Shown here in pieces: positions 26,639 through 34,579 of a DNA stretch of 59,244 nt. The notes under the pieces were generated by a model that saw only the letters and a list, made by a program, of their open reading frames with translations, ran no database searches and was not told where the DNA came from. Numbering within the stretch: position 1 is the first letter of the stretch; every line of letters begins with the position of its first letter. Source of the stretch: a virus (Duplodnaviria > Caudoviricetes); the IMG/VR virus record IMGVR_UViG_3300033067_002000, positions 1-59,244 of that record; one strand, given 5' to 3'. The position numbers and the translations under genes are program-made.

Positions 26639-27158
26639 CGCGGTAAAGGCGTGGGGCGCGATCAAGGAGGCGGCGCTCAGCGAAGGGGAAACCCTGGTTG
26701 AGGGCTTGTCTCACGTCGCGCTCGCGGCTTGGTCGCGCTGTGATGCCGGGACCAAGCTCAGCGCAGATCGACCGACGCGAGAAGCCTTCGCGGCCTCACT
26801 CGTCGGCGCGGCGATCGTGGATACTGCGCTCGACAAGCTCGCGGCTGAAGGTACGTACACGCCTGAAGAGCATCAATTCTTGAAGGAGTTGAATGCCGAA
26901 GCGGCGCTGACGGACTTGGCCGAGTTCACCAAGAACGCGTCGACCCTGGAAGCACTTCTGTCGACGATCAAGAAGAACCCAGCACTTGTGGGCGCAGGTG
27001 CCGGTGCGGTCGCGGGTGCTGGCTTTGGCGCGTACGCCGACGACAACAACCGGTTGCGCGGGGCTCTTCGCTTCGCGTTGCCAGGAGCGGCCACCGGCGC
27101 GCTTCTCGGTAACGGGGCGTCTCAACTCCACGCCGAGAGTCTCGCCAAGGCCAAGTAG
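26631..27158 (+). CDS. KxA protein with C-terminal Gly-zipper hairpin
   Basis: GGAGGAG SD; VGAGAGAVAGAGFG...GAATGALLG. Confidence 0.72.
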   Translation: MFDAVKAWGAIKEAALSEGETLVEGLSHVALAAWSRCDAGTKLSADRPTREAFAASLVGAAIVDTALDKLAAEGTYTPEEHQFLKELNAEAALTDLAEFTKNASTLEALLSTIKKNPALVGAGAGAVAGAGFGAYADDNNRLRGALRFALPGAATGALLGNGASQLHAESLAKAK

Positions 27159-27181
27159 CCCGCCTCTTACATTTTCCCCCG

Positions 27182-29020
27182 ATGGACAAGATCGTAGAGC
27201 TCGGCGAGCACTTCGCTAACACCGGAGAGCCGACTGCGCAGCTCGTGGCATTTTCAAATGGACGGGGCGGACTCTCGATGGAGAAGACCGCGTTGGCGTC
27301 CGCGCAGTCGCCGCTCTACGATTTCCTCCAGACCATCCAGGCTGAGCCGGGGGTGTACTACATCCTCGTCAACGCGCTTGGCTCTTGGGAGTACTACGAC
27401 GACAACCGCAACGGCGACGGCTTCCCGGCCATGCCGTACAAAGTTGGGCAGCCCGCAAGCTGCGGACACCCCGACTGCTCGAACCCTGCGGGTTGGATCG
27501 CGGAGCCTGAGACGCTCCTGCACCACTACAAGAGCTTCGAGAAGCACGGCGGGATCTACCTCCACCACAAGAACAGCGATCCGACCAAGTCTCTCGGCGA
27601 CGTCCGCAACGCGGTGTGGAACCCCTACATGCGTCGCGTCGAGCTCCTGCTCAAGGGCTACAACGACCGCGACGCACGTATGGCGCAGCGCATCGGCGAC
27701 GGGGACTTCCCCGCCGTCAGCATGGGCGCTCGCGTGCGTTGGGACGTGTGCACGATCTGTGGACACCGGGCGCCTACGCGCGCCGATTACTGCGTGCACG
27801 CGGCCACGATGCTCCGCAAGGTATTGCCGGATGGTCGCAAGTGTTCTGTGCTCAATCCGAGCCCTTTGTTCTTCGACATCTCGTTCGTGTTTCGTCCAGC
27901 GGACCCGACAGGCTACATGCTTCAGAAAGTCGCGGAGACGATCGTTATTTCAAGCGCAGAACTTGGAGAACGTCGTGCGGAGCATCAAGAGCGTGTGCGC
28001 CGTGCCGAGCAAGAACGTTCCAAGTTCGCGGAGTTGACTCGTAGTCCTTATCGGCGCGAGGCTGATGTGATCGCCCGGGAGTGGCCAAGCCTCGCCGGCG
28101 CGACTCGCGAAGTGTTGGCATCTGTGCCTGTCGCAACCGCCCTCTCGTCGTTGGCCTACGCAGGTGTCGTGCTTGGCGCTCACGAGGTGACTGATCTTTT
28201 CGCCACGCGAATGGGTCACACGGTTACGGCTGAGTGGCTCGACCGTGTCGCCGCAATCCAGCCGGTGCTGCAAACGATCTGCGATATGCACCCGATGCTC
28301 GAAGAAAAGTTGGGCGGCGCAATTCAGCTGCGTATTGACGCAGTAAATGGAGAGCCCCTCAACAAGATCGGCGAGTGGATTGAGAAGCGGGGAGGCCTCG
28401 GTCACTACCTGCGCCAACAGGCGTTTGCGCCTTCGGACTTCGATCTACCGATCGGCCCTGGAGCCTGGCACCGCGCCACGGAACCCGCGAAGACCGACGT
28501 GTTCACCATGACGGACCCTGCGACCGGTCAGCAGTACCAGACCACGCGCGGCGCTGCGATGGGCGCACACAACGAAGATGTGAAAAGCCAACTCGCGGGT
28601 ACGGCTTTGATGGGGACTTTGTACGCCGGAGGCTTGCGCGCGATGCTCGGACACCGTGCGGGGCTGTGGGCGCTCCCTGCAAGTGCCGCCGCCGGTTGGG
28701 CCACGACCAAAGCGATGAAGAAGATGTTTCCGCCGCACCGATACCATGAGTACGGCACGGACCAGGGTATCCCAGTCTCCGGCGGCACCGAGTTCATGAA
28801 GGTTTCAACGCTCGTCCAGCGGGCAGCCTTCGACGAACAGGCCGCTGATCGAGCACGCGCGCACGGGGGGCCGTTTGCGACGTGGCTCGGAATGCCCGAG
28901 TCGCAGAAGCTCGCTTCGCTTCTCGAAGGTGCGATCGGAGCTCCCGAGGAGCTCTACGGTCCGCCCACGTTGGACCTCACCGTTCTCTGCCAAAACATCG
29001 CAGCGGTGCTTTGGCGCTGA
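27182..29020 (+). CDS. Prohead (capsid maturation) serine protease with Zn-finger insertion and long C-terminal extension
   Basis: LHHKN (His), VSMG (Ser), FFDISFV..PAD (Asp), CTICG...YCVH; lies upstream of scaffold-like and capsid genes. Confidence 0.75.
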   Translation: MDKIVELGEHFANTGEPTAQLVAFSNGRGGLSMEKTALASAQSPLYDFLQTIQAEPGVYYILVNALGSWEYYDDNRNGDGFPAMPYKVGQPASCGHPDCSNPAGWIAEPETLLHHYKSFEKHGGIYLHHKNSDPTKSLGDVRNAVWNPYMRRVELLLKGYNDRDARMAQRIGDGDFPAVSMGARVRWDVCTICGHRAPTRADYCVHAATMLRKVLPDGRKCSVLNPSPLFFDISFVFRPADPTGYMLQKVAETIVISSAELGERRAEHQERVRRAEQERSKFAELTRSPYRREADVIAREWPSLAGATREVLASVPVATALSSLAYAGVVLGAHEVTDLFATRMGHTVTAEWLDRVAAIQPVLQTICDMHPMLEEKLGGAIQLRIDAVNGEPLNKIGEWIEKRGGLGHYLRQQAFAPSDFDLPIGPGAWHRATEPAKTDVFTMTDPATGQQYQTTRGAAMGAHNEDVKSQLAGTALMGTLYAGGLRAMLGHRAGLWALPASAAAGWATTKAMKKMFPPHRYHEYGTDQGIPVSGGTEFMKVSTLVQRAAFDEQAADRARAHGGPFATWLGMPESQKLASLLEGAIGAPEELYGPPTLDLTVLCQNIAAVLWR

Positions 29021-29051
29021 TTACCCTACTGCCCCAGGAGCCCAAAGACAG

Positions 29052-29645
29052 ATGAACACTCAATCGCTCAGCCTCGACACACTGCTCGGTCGCAACAAGA
29101 CGGCGGCGGCAGCGCCCACGCAGCAAGCGCCGACCCAACCGGCTTCAACCACTTCAAAGGTGGCGGCGGCAGTGGACGCGGCGACGGCGGCAGCCACCGC
29201 GAAGGTTGCGTCGACGGCGACGCCCGTGATGCCCCTGATCAACAAGCTCGCGTCGGATCTCGCCAAAAGCGATGCGGCCGATCTGGAGAAGGTTGCGGCC
29301 CGCTGCGGCTTGATCATGGCCGATACCTTCGTCGCGCAGATGGGCCACTACGAGAAGATCGCCGCCGAGGTGATGGCGAAGACCGCTGCGGAGCAGCCGG
29401 CCAACGGTGGCATCGATCCCGAGGTCCTCAAGTTCGCGAAGCTCGCGCTGGAGAACCCAGAGGCCGCGTACGCCCTGATCGAGAAGCGCGCCGCCGAGCG
29501 CCAGAATGCCGCGCCCGCCGACGCGATCAAGCAGGCCGAGGAAGAGGCCGCGCGCGAAACCGAGGAAGCGATCTTCAAGGGCGCCGCCGAGCACTACCTC
29601 CACGGCCAGGAAGTGGCCAAGCAGCTGATCGCGACAGCCAAGTGA
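29052..29645 (+). CDS. Scaffold-like Ala-rich protein
   Basis: 12 of 15 Lys are K-x-A; located between protease and capsid genes. Confidence 0.7.
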   Translation: MNTQSLSLDTLLGRNKTAAAAPTQQAPTQPASTTSKVAAAVDAATAAATAKVASTATPVMPLINKLASDLAKSDAADLEKVAARCGLIMADTFVAQMGHYEKIAAEVMAKTAAEQPANGGIDPEVLKFAKLALENPEAAYALIEKRAAERQNAAPADAIKQAEEEAARETEEAIFKGAAEHYLHGQEVAKQLIATAK

Positions 29646-29830
29646 AGAACGAACGCCGCGCACAACTGGTAGCCGAGCACTTGGGGCTGCGCAAAGCGGC
29701 CTTCGAGAGCGCAGCACCACACGTGAATGCCTTCTTCAAAGAAGCCGCTGCGGCCTTCTCGAACGTGAAGGTGGCGACCGAACTGGCGAACTTCGACACA
29801 GTCCTGCGAAAGCACTTGGTGGAGCGCTAA
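29642..29830 (+). CDS. Small KxA protein
   Basis: GTGA coupling; KAA, KEA and KVA sites. Confidence 0.6.
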   Translation: MKNERRAQLVAEHLGLRKAAFESAAPHVNAFFKEAAAAFSNVKVATELANFDTVLRKHLVER

Positions 29831-30112
29831 ATGGCCCTCGCGAAATTGGCGGCGCTGCTTCGGCAGCTCCCTGAACCCGAAGTGACCTTCGAGTCCTTGT
29901 ACGCCGTAAAAGAGGCCAATCTCTCGGCGTTCACACCCGAGCTCCCGGCGGCGCCCATCGACTTGGGTACGCCCGGCGATAGCCTCCGCAAGCTTGCGCA
30001 CGCGTGTCGTTGCGAGGAGGTCGCGCGCATGACGCGCTTCCACGAGAAGAACGCTCGCGCTCTTCGTGCAATTCGCGGCCTTACACTCTTGCAAGAACGG
30101 GTCAACTCATGA
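29831..30112 (+). CDS. Small KxA protein
   Basis: Starts immediately after the upstream TAA; 4 of 4 Lys are K-x-A. Confidence 0.65.
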   Translation: MALAKLAALLRQLPEPEVTFESLYAVKEANLSAFTPELPAAPIDLGTPGDSLRKLAHACRCEEVARMTRFHEKNARALRAIRGLTLLQERVNS

Positions 30113-30501
30113 GCGCGCTGGAAAAGATTGCCGAAGCCTTGGATGCCCTGGGCCTGGAACGCGACGCGGAGGCTGTCAAGGTGGCCGCCGCTCCGCCTCC
30201 CGAAACGAAGGTCGCCAGTTCCGCCGAAGCCTTCAACGCACTCCTGCGTGACCGCTTCGGCACCGAGCTTCCTGAAGAGCTTCGCGCCAAGTTGGCGACG
30301 ACCGACGACGGCAAGCTTCTGGAAGCCCTCGACACCTTCGTGAAGCAGGCGGCGGCTCCGGCTCCGTCCTTCGGAGACGCGGTCGAATCGCGCGATCTCA
30401 GCAACATCACGCCGCGTACGCGCGCCGAGGCAATCAAGCTCGCAGACGAACAGTTCGCAGCGGCCGTCTTCGACGCGACCGAGGGTTACTACGAGGGCTG
30501 A
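30109..30501 (+). CDS. Scaffold-like KxA protein
   Basis: ATGA coupling; 6 of 7 Lys are K-x-A. Confidence 0.7.
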   Translation: MSALEKIAEALDALGLERDAEAVKVAAAPPPETKVASSAEAFNALLRDRFGTELPEELRAKLATTDDGKLLEALDTFVKQAAAPAPSFGDAVESRDLSNITPRTRAEAIKLADEQFAAAVFDATEGYYEG

Positions 30502-30536
30502 GCCCTTAACATCGACACAACGGAGAAGTACGGACA

Positions 30537-31046
30537 ATGAAGCTCAACAGCAAGTACGACCTGATCTCGGCGATGCCTCAACCGGGCGGCTACGCGTCGC
30601 TCTGGTTCTCGAACGGTCTGGCGCAGGAAGCTGCGACCGCGATCGACAACGGTTCGGGACCCGGCGTTCCGAACGCCGAGGGTACGCCGACGCCCGGCAC
30701 CATCGAGCCCGGCCACGTGGTCACGTTGAACGCGAGCGGCAACTGGGACCTGGCGACCTCGCCGACCCTCGGCACGCCCGCGCTCCCGATCCTGATGTGC
30801 CTCGTTCACTCCGGCGACGACGACTTCGACGGCGCGTACCTGGGCAAGCTCGTGGCGCTCAGCGGCCCCGTGGAAGTCCTCACCGACAAGGTGACGGGCT
30901 CGTCGTTCCCGGTCGGCACGAACCTCGTGGTGACTGCCGGTCGCTTCGTGTCCGAAGTAACCGCCAACAGCACGGTTCAGCGCGTGGGCTACGTGGGTGC
31001 CCAGGGCTTCAAGAACGGCGTGCTCCACGTGATCTTCAAGCCGTAA
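30537..31046 (+). CDS. Putative capsid decoration/cement protein
   Basis: 169 aa, beta-rich, strong codon bias, directly upstream of the capsid gene. Confidence 0.6.
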   Translation: MKLNSKYDLISAMPQPGGYASLWFSNGLAQEAATAIDNGSGPGVPNAEGTPTPGTIEPGHVVTLNASGNWDLATSPTLGTPALPILMCLVHSGDDDFDGAYLGKLVALSGPVEVLTDKVTGSSFPVGTNLVVTAGRFVSEVTANSTVQRVGYVGAQGFKNGVLHVIFKP

Positions 31047-31086
31047 TCAACAACCCCGACCACAAGCCCAACGAGGACAAACGACG

Positions 31087-32010
31087 ATGTACCAGACCGA
31101 AACGACCACAGCGAGCTCGACCGAGCTGAACCAAAGGTTCGGCGCGATGCTCAAGGCCGGACAGACCAAGCAGGCCGAAGAGATCGGCAATGCCTTCATC
31201 CGCACTCGCGTCCGCCAGGAAGCTGCGGTCCGGATGATCATCATTCCGCAGAAGCTCAACGAGGACGAGCTGAGCGAGGACCTCGAATCGGACGAGCCGC
31301 GCAAGATCGTCGACAAGGAGCCGAACTCCAAGGCGACGTACGTGCCCTTCGACGGCACGCCGGCCGCGACTTGGTACCGTGGTCGCAAGTACGCGGTGTA
31401 CTTCGGCAAGACGCAGAGTGACATCTTCGTCAAGTCGAAGTACAAGCTCCTCACGTACAACTACGACATCCGCAAGGTGCTCGCGGACAACTCGGTCAAG
31501 GACATGGCCGACCAGGAAGACATCTTCTTCCGCCGCACCGCGCTCGGCTGCGTGAACGCCAACGCGGGCGTCCAGCGCACCCCGGCCGGCGCGTTCACTC
31601 CCTCGGCGTTCGTGCGCGGCAGCCAGGCGATCATCAATCGCCGCTTGCCCATGGGCAAGATGCTCATGACGCAGTCGCTCTTCCAGGAGGCGATGAACCT
31701 CCCGGCGACCCTCATCGGCGACAGCATCGCGCGCAAGCACTACGAGCAGGGCGTCGAGAAGGAAGACAGCCTCTGGGGCATGCCGGTCATCACGACGGCC
31801 AAGACGGACGTGTACAACACCCAGGAGTGCTGGATGTTCGCGCCGCAGAACTACCTCGGCAACTTCTTCCTGCTCCAGGACGCGACGCTCTTTATCGAGC
31901 AGCGCGCGGATATGATCACCTTCTGGACCTACGCAGTACCCGGCATCGGCATCGGCAACGCGGAAGCGATCCAGCAGATCGTCTTCGGCCAGCAGGCGCA
32001 GCTGACCTAA
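31087..32010 (+). CDS. Major capsid protein (HK97-like fold)
   Basis: Position, size, very strong codon bias and downstream hairpin; FIRTRVRQEAAVRMII, DMADQED, LWGMPVI, GIGIGN. Confidence 0.75.
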   Translation: MYQTETTTASSTELNQRFGAMLKAGQTKQAEEIGNAFIRTRVRQEAAVRMIIIPQKLNEDELSEDLESDEPRKIVDKEPNSKATYVPFDGTPAATWYRGRKYAVYFGKTQSDIFVKSKYKLLTYNYDIRKVLADNSVKDMADQEDIFFRRTALGCVNANAGVQRTPAGAFTPSAFVRGSQAIINRRLPMGKMLMTQSLFQEAMNLPATLIGDSIARKHYEQGVEKEDSLWGMPVITTAKTDVYNTQECWMFAPQNYLGNFFLLQDATLFIEQRADMITFWTYAVPGIGIGNAEAIQQIVFGQQAQLT

Positions 32011-32022
32011 GCCCACCCACGA

Positions 32023-32049
32023 GGCACGGGCCTACTCTTGGTCCGTGCC
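32023..32049 (+). other. 10-bp hairpin after the capsid gene; loop contains TACTCT, right arm contains the next GTG start
   Basis: GGCACGGGCC-TACTCTT-GGTCCGTGCC; no clear U-tract. Confidence 0.65.
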
Positions 32050-32326
32050 CAAGTTCTTCACCACCCCTCAAATTCCTGTACTCGCACTCACTGGCGCCAA
32101 GTGCGCTTCGGCAGGTGTTACGTCGGGCGTTACCAGTTCGCCCGCGCCGACTGCCGCGTCCACCCCGACGCGAAAGACGCCATCGAACCAGAGCGGGGCG
32201 CTTCGTCAACCCTGGCCAGGGGATTACAAACAGAACTTCCTCGACGCATCGGCCGCCGGTGCTCAGCGATCTTCAGCTGACCTGTTCAGTACGGGAGACC
32301 AGCTCACAATGCCGGTGACGCCTTGA
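32045..32326 (+). CDS. Hypothetical low-complexity protein
   Basis: TACTCT-N6-GTG start; TTGA coupling to the next ORF. Confidence 0.5.
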   Translation: MPKFFTTPQIPVLALTGAKCASAGVTSGVTSSPAPTAASTPTRKTPSNQSGALRQPWPGDYKQNFLDASAAGAQRSSADLFSTGDQLTMPVTP

Positions 32327-32991
32327 CCCCTGAGTCCACGACGTACCTCTCGGGTACGCCCGTAGGCGAGGGTTCTGGCGACATGAACCCGGGTCGCGGG
32401 AACGGTGGTGCGTCTCGTGCGCAACAGGTCGCGCTCGAAGCCGGGACATCTTTTCGAAACAACGAGCAGGTCACGCTCAATGAACCGAGCGCGCAAGAGG
32501 GCGGACCATACGCCGTAAAGGACGCGGCGCACCCTCACGATCGCATGGAGGAGCGCACCCCGTTTCATCGAGATGGTGTTGATGAACTGCAACGCGTCGT
32601 TGATCAGATCGGGTTACCGCCCGGAGTGTATCACATCCCACTCCGAGGCAAGGGTGGAGAGGTACTCGGGTACGCGCAGTTCAAGGGCGTTCCGAACCGC
32701 GCGTCACCTGTACTCGCGACGATCTTGGCCCCTTACATGCGTCCTGGGGGTACTGACCTCTCAGCACTCACCAAGCGTGCAGCTGTATCGCCCGCGACGA
32801 ATGTGTCACCCCGGGAACAGCAGCTCTTCTCGACAGATCAACTGGCGACCCGACTGCCCGAAGGCTTGGTGTGGAATGGGCGCTACGAGAACCCGGGCGC
32901 AGTCAATCGCGACTACGCGATTCGTCGCGGCTTCGACAACGTGGCGCAAGCCACCACCTCGGACACACCAGACATGGGATTTGATCCGTGA
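32323..32991 (+). CDS. Hypothetical protein
   Basis: Coupled at both ends; contains a TKRAA site. Confidence 0.6.
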   Translation: MTPESTTYLSGTPVGEGSGDMNPGRGNGGASRAQQVALEAGTSFRNNEQVTLNEPSAQEGGPYAVKDAAHPHDRMEERTPFHRDGVDELQRVVDQIGLPPGVYHIPLRGKGGEVLGYAQFKGVPNRASPVLATILAPYMRPGGTDLSALTKRAAVSPATNVSPREQQLFSTDQLATRLPEGLVWNGRYENPGAVNRDYAIRRGFDNVAQATTSDTPDMGFDP

Positions 32992-33833
32992 CCACTTTGC
33001 GCTTCACACGTTTTACCGCCTTGTTCCCCTACGGATACCACGTGCAGTGGTCGCTCATCGACGTGCCAGAAAATGTGTCTGGCGTATTCCAGTTCGACCT
33101 GTATCGATCAGGTGGACCTGAAGGGCCTTGGCAGCAAGTACTTGCGTCCGACGATCAGTACGCGTTCCTCGACAAGTTCAACTCGGTGGCCACCACGTTG
33201 TCGGAGTTGCAGCCCAATCAGATGCGATTGTTCCAAGAGGTGCACTACAAGCTGGTGTGCCGAATGCCCAATGGAACCATCCTTGAGACGAAGGAGGAGA
33301 CGGGTCCGGCCAATGCGACGAGGAAAATGTCGCAGTACCTGCGCAAGAGCAAGCGCGATTTCCGTCTCACTCTGAAGTTCAACGGCACAAAGCTCGTCGT
33401 GCTCAAGAAACGACGTTGGGGCGCCAAGTGCATCGTTCAGCCAGACGGCACGGGCTGCTACGACCCGATCTCGCAAGAGGTCATGCGCCAAAACTGCCGG
33501 GAGTGCTGGGGTACCGGTTTCATCGGCGGGTACTGGACGCCCTTCGTAACGTACGGCCGTCGCAATGTGTCCGCGAACACCTCCGCAATCACACCAGCAC
33601 AACGCTCCGACACAAACGACGGGTCATTCTGGTTGCCGGATTATCCGACGCTCGAAGCCGACGACATCCTGATCAGCTTGTCAGATCAGCGACGCTTCAT
33701 CATCGATCAGCAAGTTGAGACTCAGATCTTGCTCAACAGCGTTCACCAAGAGGTGGCCTGTATGGAACTCGATCACGACCACATCATCTACCAAATGCGC
33801 GTCGCGCCCGACACCCTCTCCCCGCTTTACTGA
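32988..33833 (+). CDS. Putative neck/head-completion protein
   Basis: Ig/FN3-like N-terminus and CRECWGTGFIGGY Zn motif typical of large-myophage neck proteins; between capsid and sheath. Confidence 0.6.
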   Translation: MTTLRFTRFTALFPYGYHVQWSLIDVPENVSGVFQFDLYRSGGPEGPWQQVLASDDQYAFLDKFNSVATTLSELQPNQMRLFQEVHYKLVCRMPNGTILETKEETGPANATRKMSQYLRKSKRDFRLTLKFNGTKLVVLKKRRWGAKCIVQPDGTGCYDPISQEVMRQNCRECWGTGFIGGYWTPFVTYGRRNVSANTSAITPAQRSDTNDGSFWLPDYPTLEADDILISLSDQRRFIIDQQVETQILLNSVHQEVACMELDHDHIIYQMRVAPDTLSPLY

Positions 33834-33841
33834 GGTTCCCC

Positions 33842-34537
33842 ATGGACGGCCAGATTCTACCCGGTGTGACTCGTGTAGCGGGGCAGCATCCCGACATCTT
33901 CCCGGGATCGCCACAGGCGGTCATCGGCGTGTTCGCGAAGTGTCTTCAAGTGCGCTTCTCGGGTGAGAACGCTCTGGGCCTCCCGTTCGTTTGGGACGGG
34001 GATCCGCAACAGCCCGAGAACAACTCCTCGACAGGTACAAAGCCGTCGCGGCTTTACATCGCCAGCGAGTACACGGCCGAACCTGACGCGCGCAATCGCA
34101 CACCCGCGCTTCTGGTCGATAGGGGAACGGTACAGCTCCAGAAAATTACCGTGGGTAACCTGGCGACGGTCCATCTGCCGACGCGCCTCGAAACGTACAC
34201 CGCCTGGGCGTACGTGCCTGTTGCGATCCTGTGCAACAGCAACACGCGCGGGAACAGCGCCAACCTGGGAGATCTGGTCTTCGCGTTCTTCGCGGCCACC
34301 AACCACCTCATTCGCGCCACCTTCAACATTCACGAGATCTCTCCGCCCACGTTGGGGGAGACCGTTCCGTACCGCGAGAACAACGGCAAGTCGCCGATCT
34401 ACAGCACGACGGTCACACTCACTACGATGGTTCAGTACCAGTGGACCACTTTGCCGATCGCAGCTCGACTCCAAGAGGTCGCCGTCAAGATGAACGAAGA
34501 ACTGACACGTACGACTGCACGGCGTCCAAACCCTTGA
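33842..34537 (+). CDS. Putative tail terminator/completion protein
   Basis: Size and position immediately before the sheath gene. Confidence 0.5.
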   Translation: MDGQILPGVTRVAGQHPDIFPGSPQAVIGVFAKCLQVRFSGENALGLPFVWDGDPQQPENNSSTGTKPSRLYIASEYTAEPDARNRTPALLVDRGTVQLQKITVGNLATVHLPTRLETYTAWAYVPVAILCNSNTRGNSANLGDLVFAFFAATNHLIRATFNIHEISPPTLGETVPYRENNGKSPIYSTTVTLTTMVQYQWTTLPIAARLQEVAVKMNEELTRTTARRPNP

Positions 34538-34579
34538 CACTCCTCATCGCTATCTTTCGCCCCAACGGAGCAGACACGA

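Noticed and set aside
34534-34556. TTGACA...TATCTT as a sigma70 promoter
   Set aside because: The spacer is only 11 bp; only the -10-like box is retained as a candidate.
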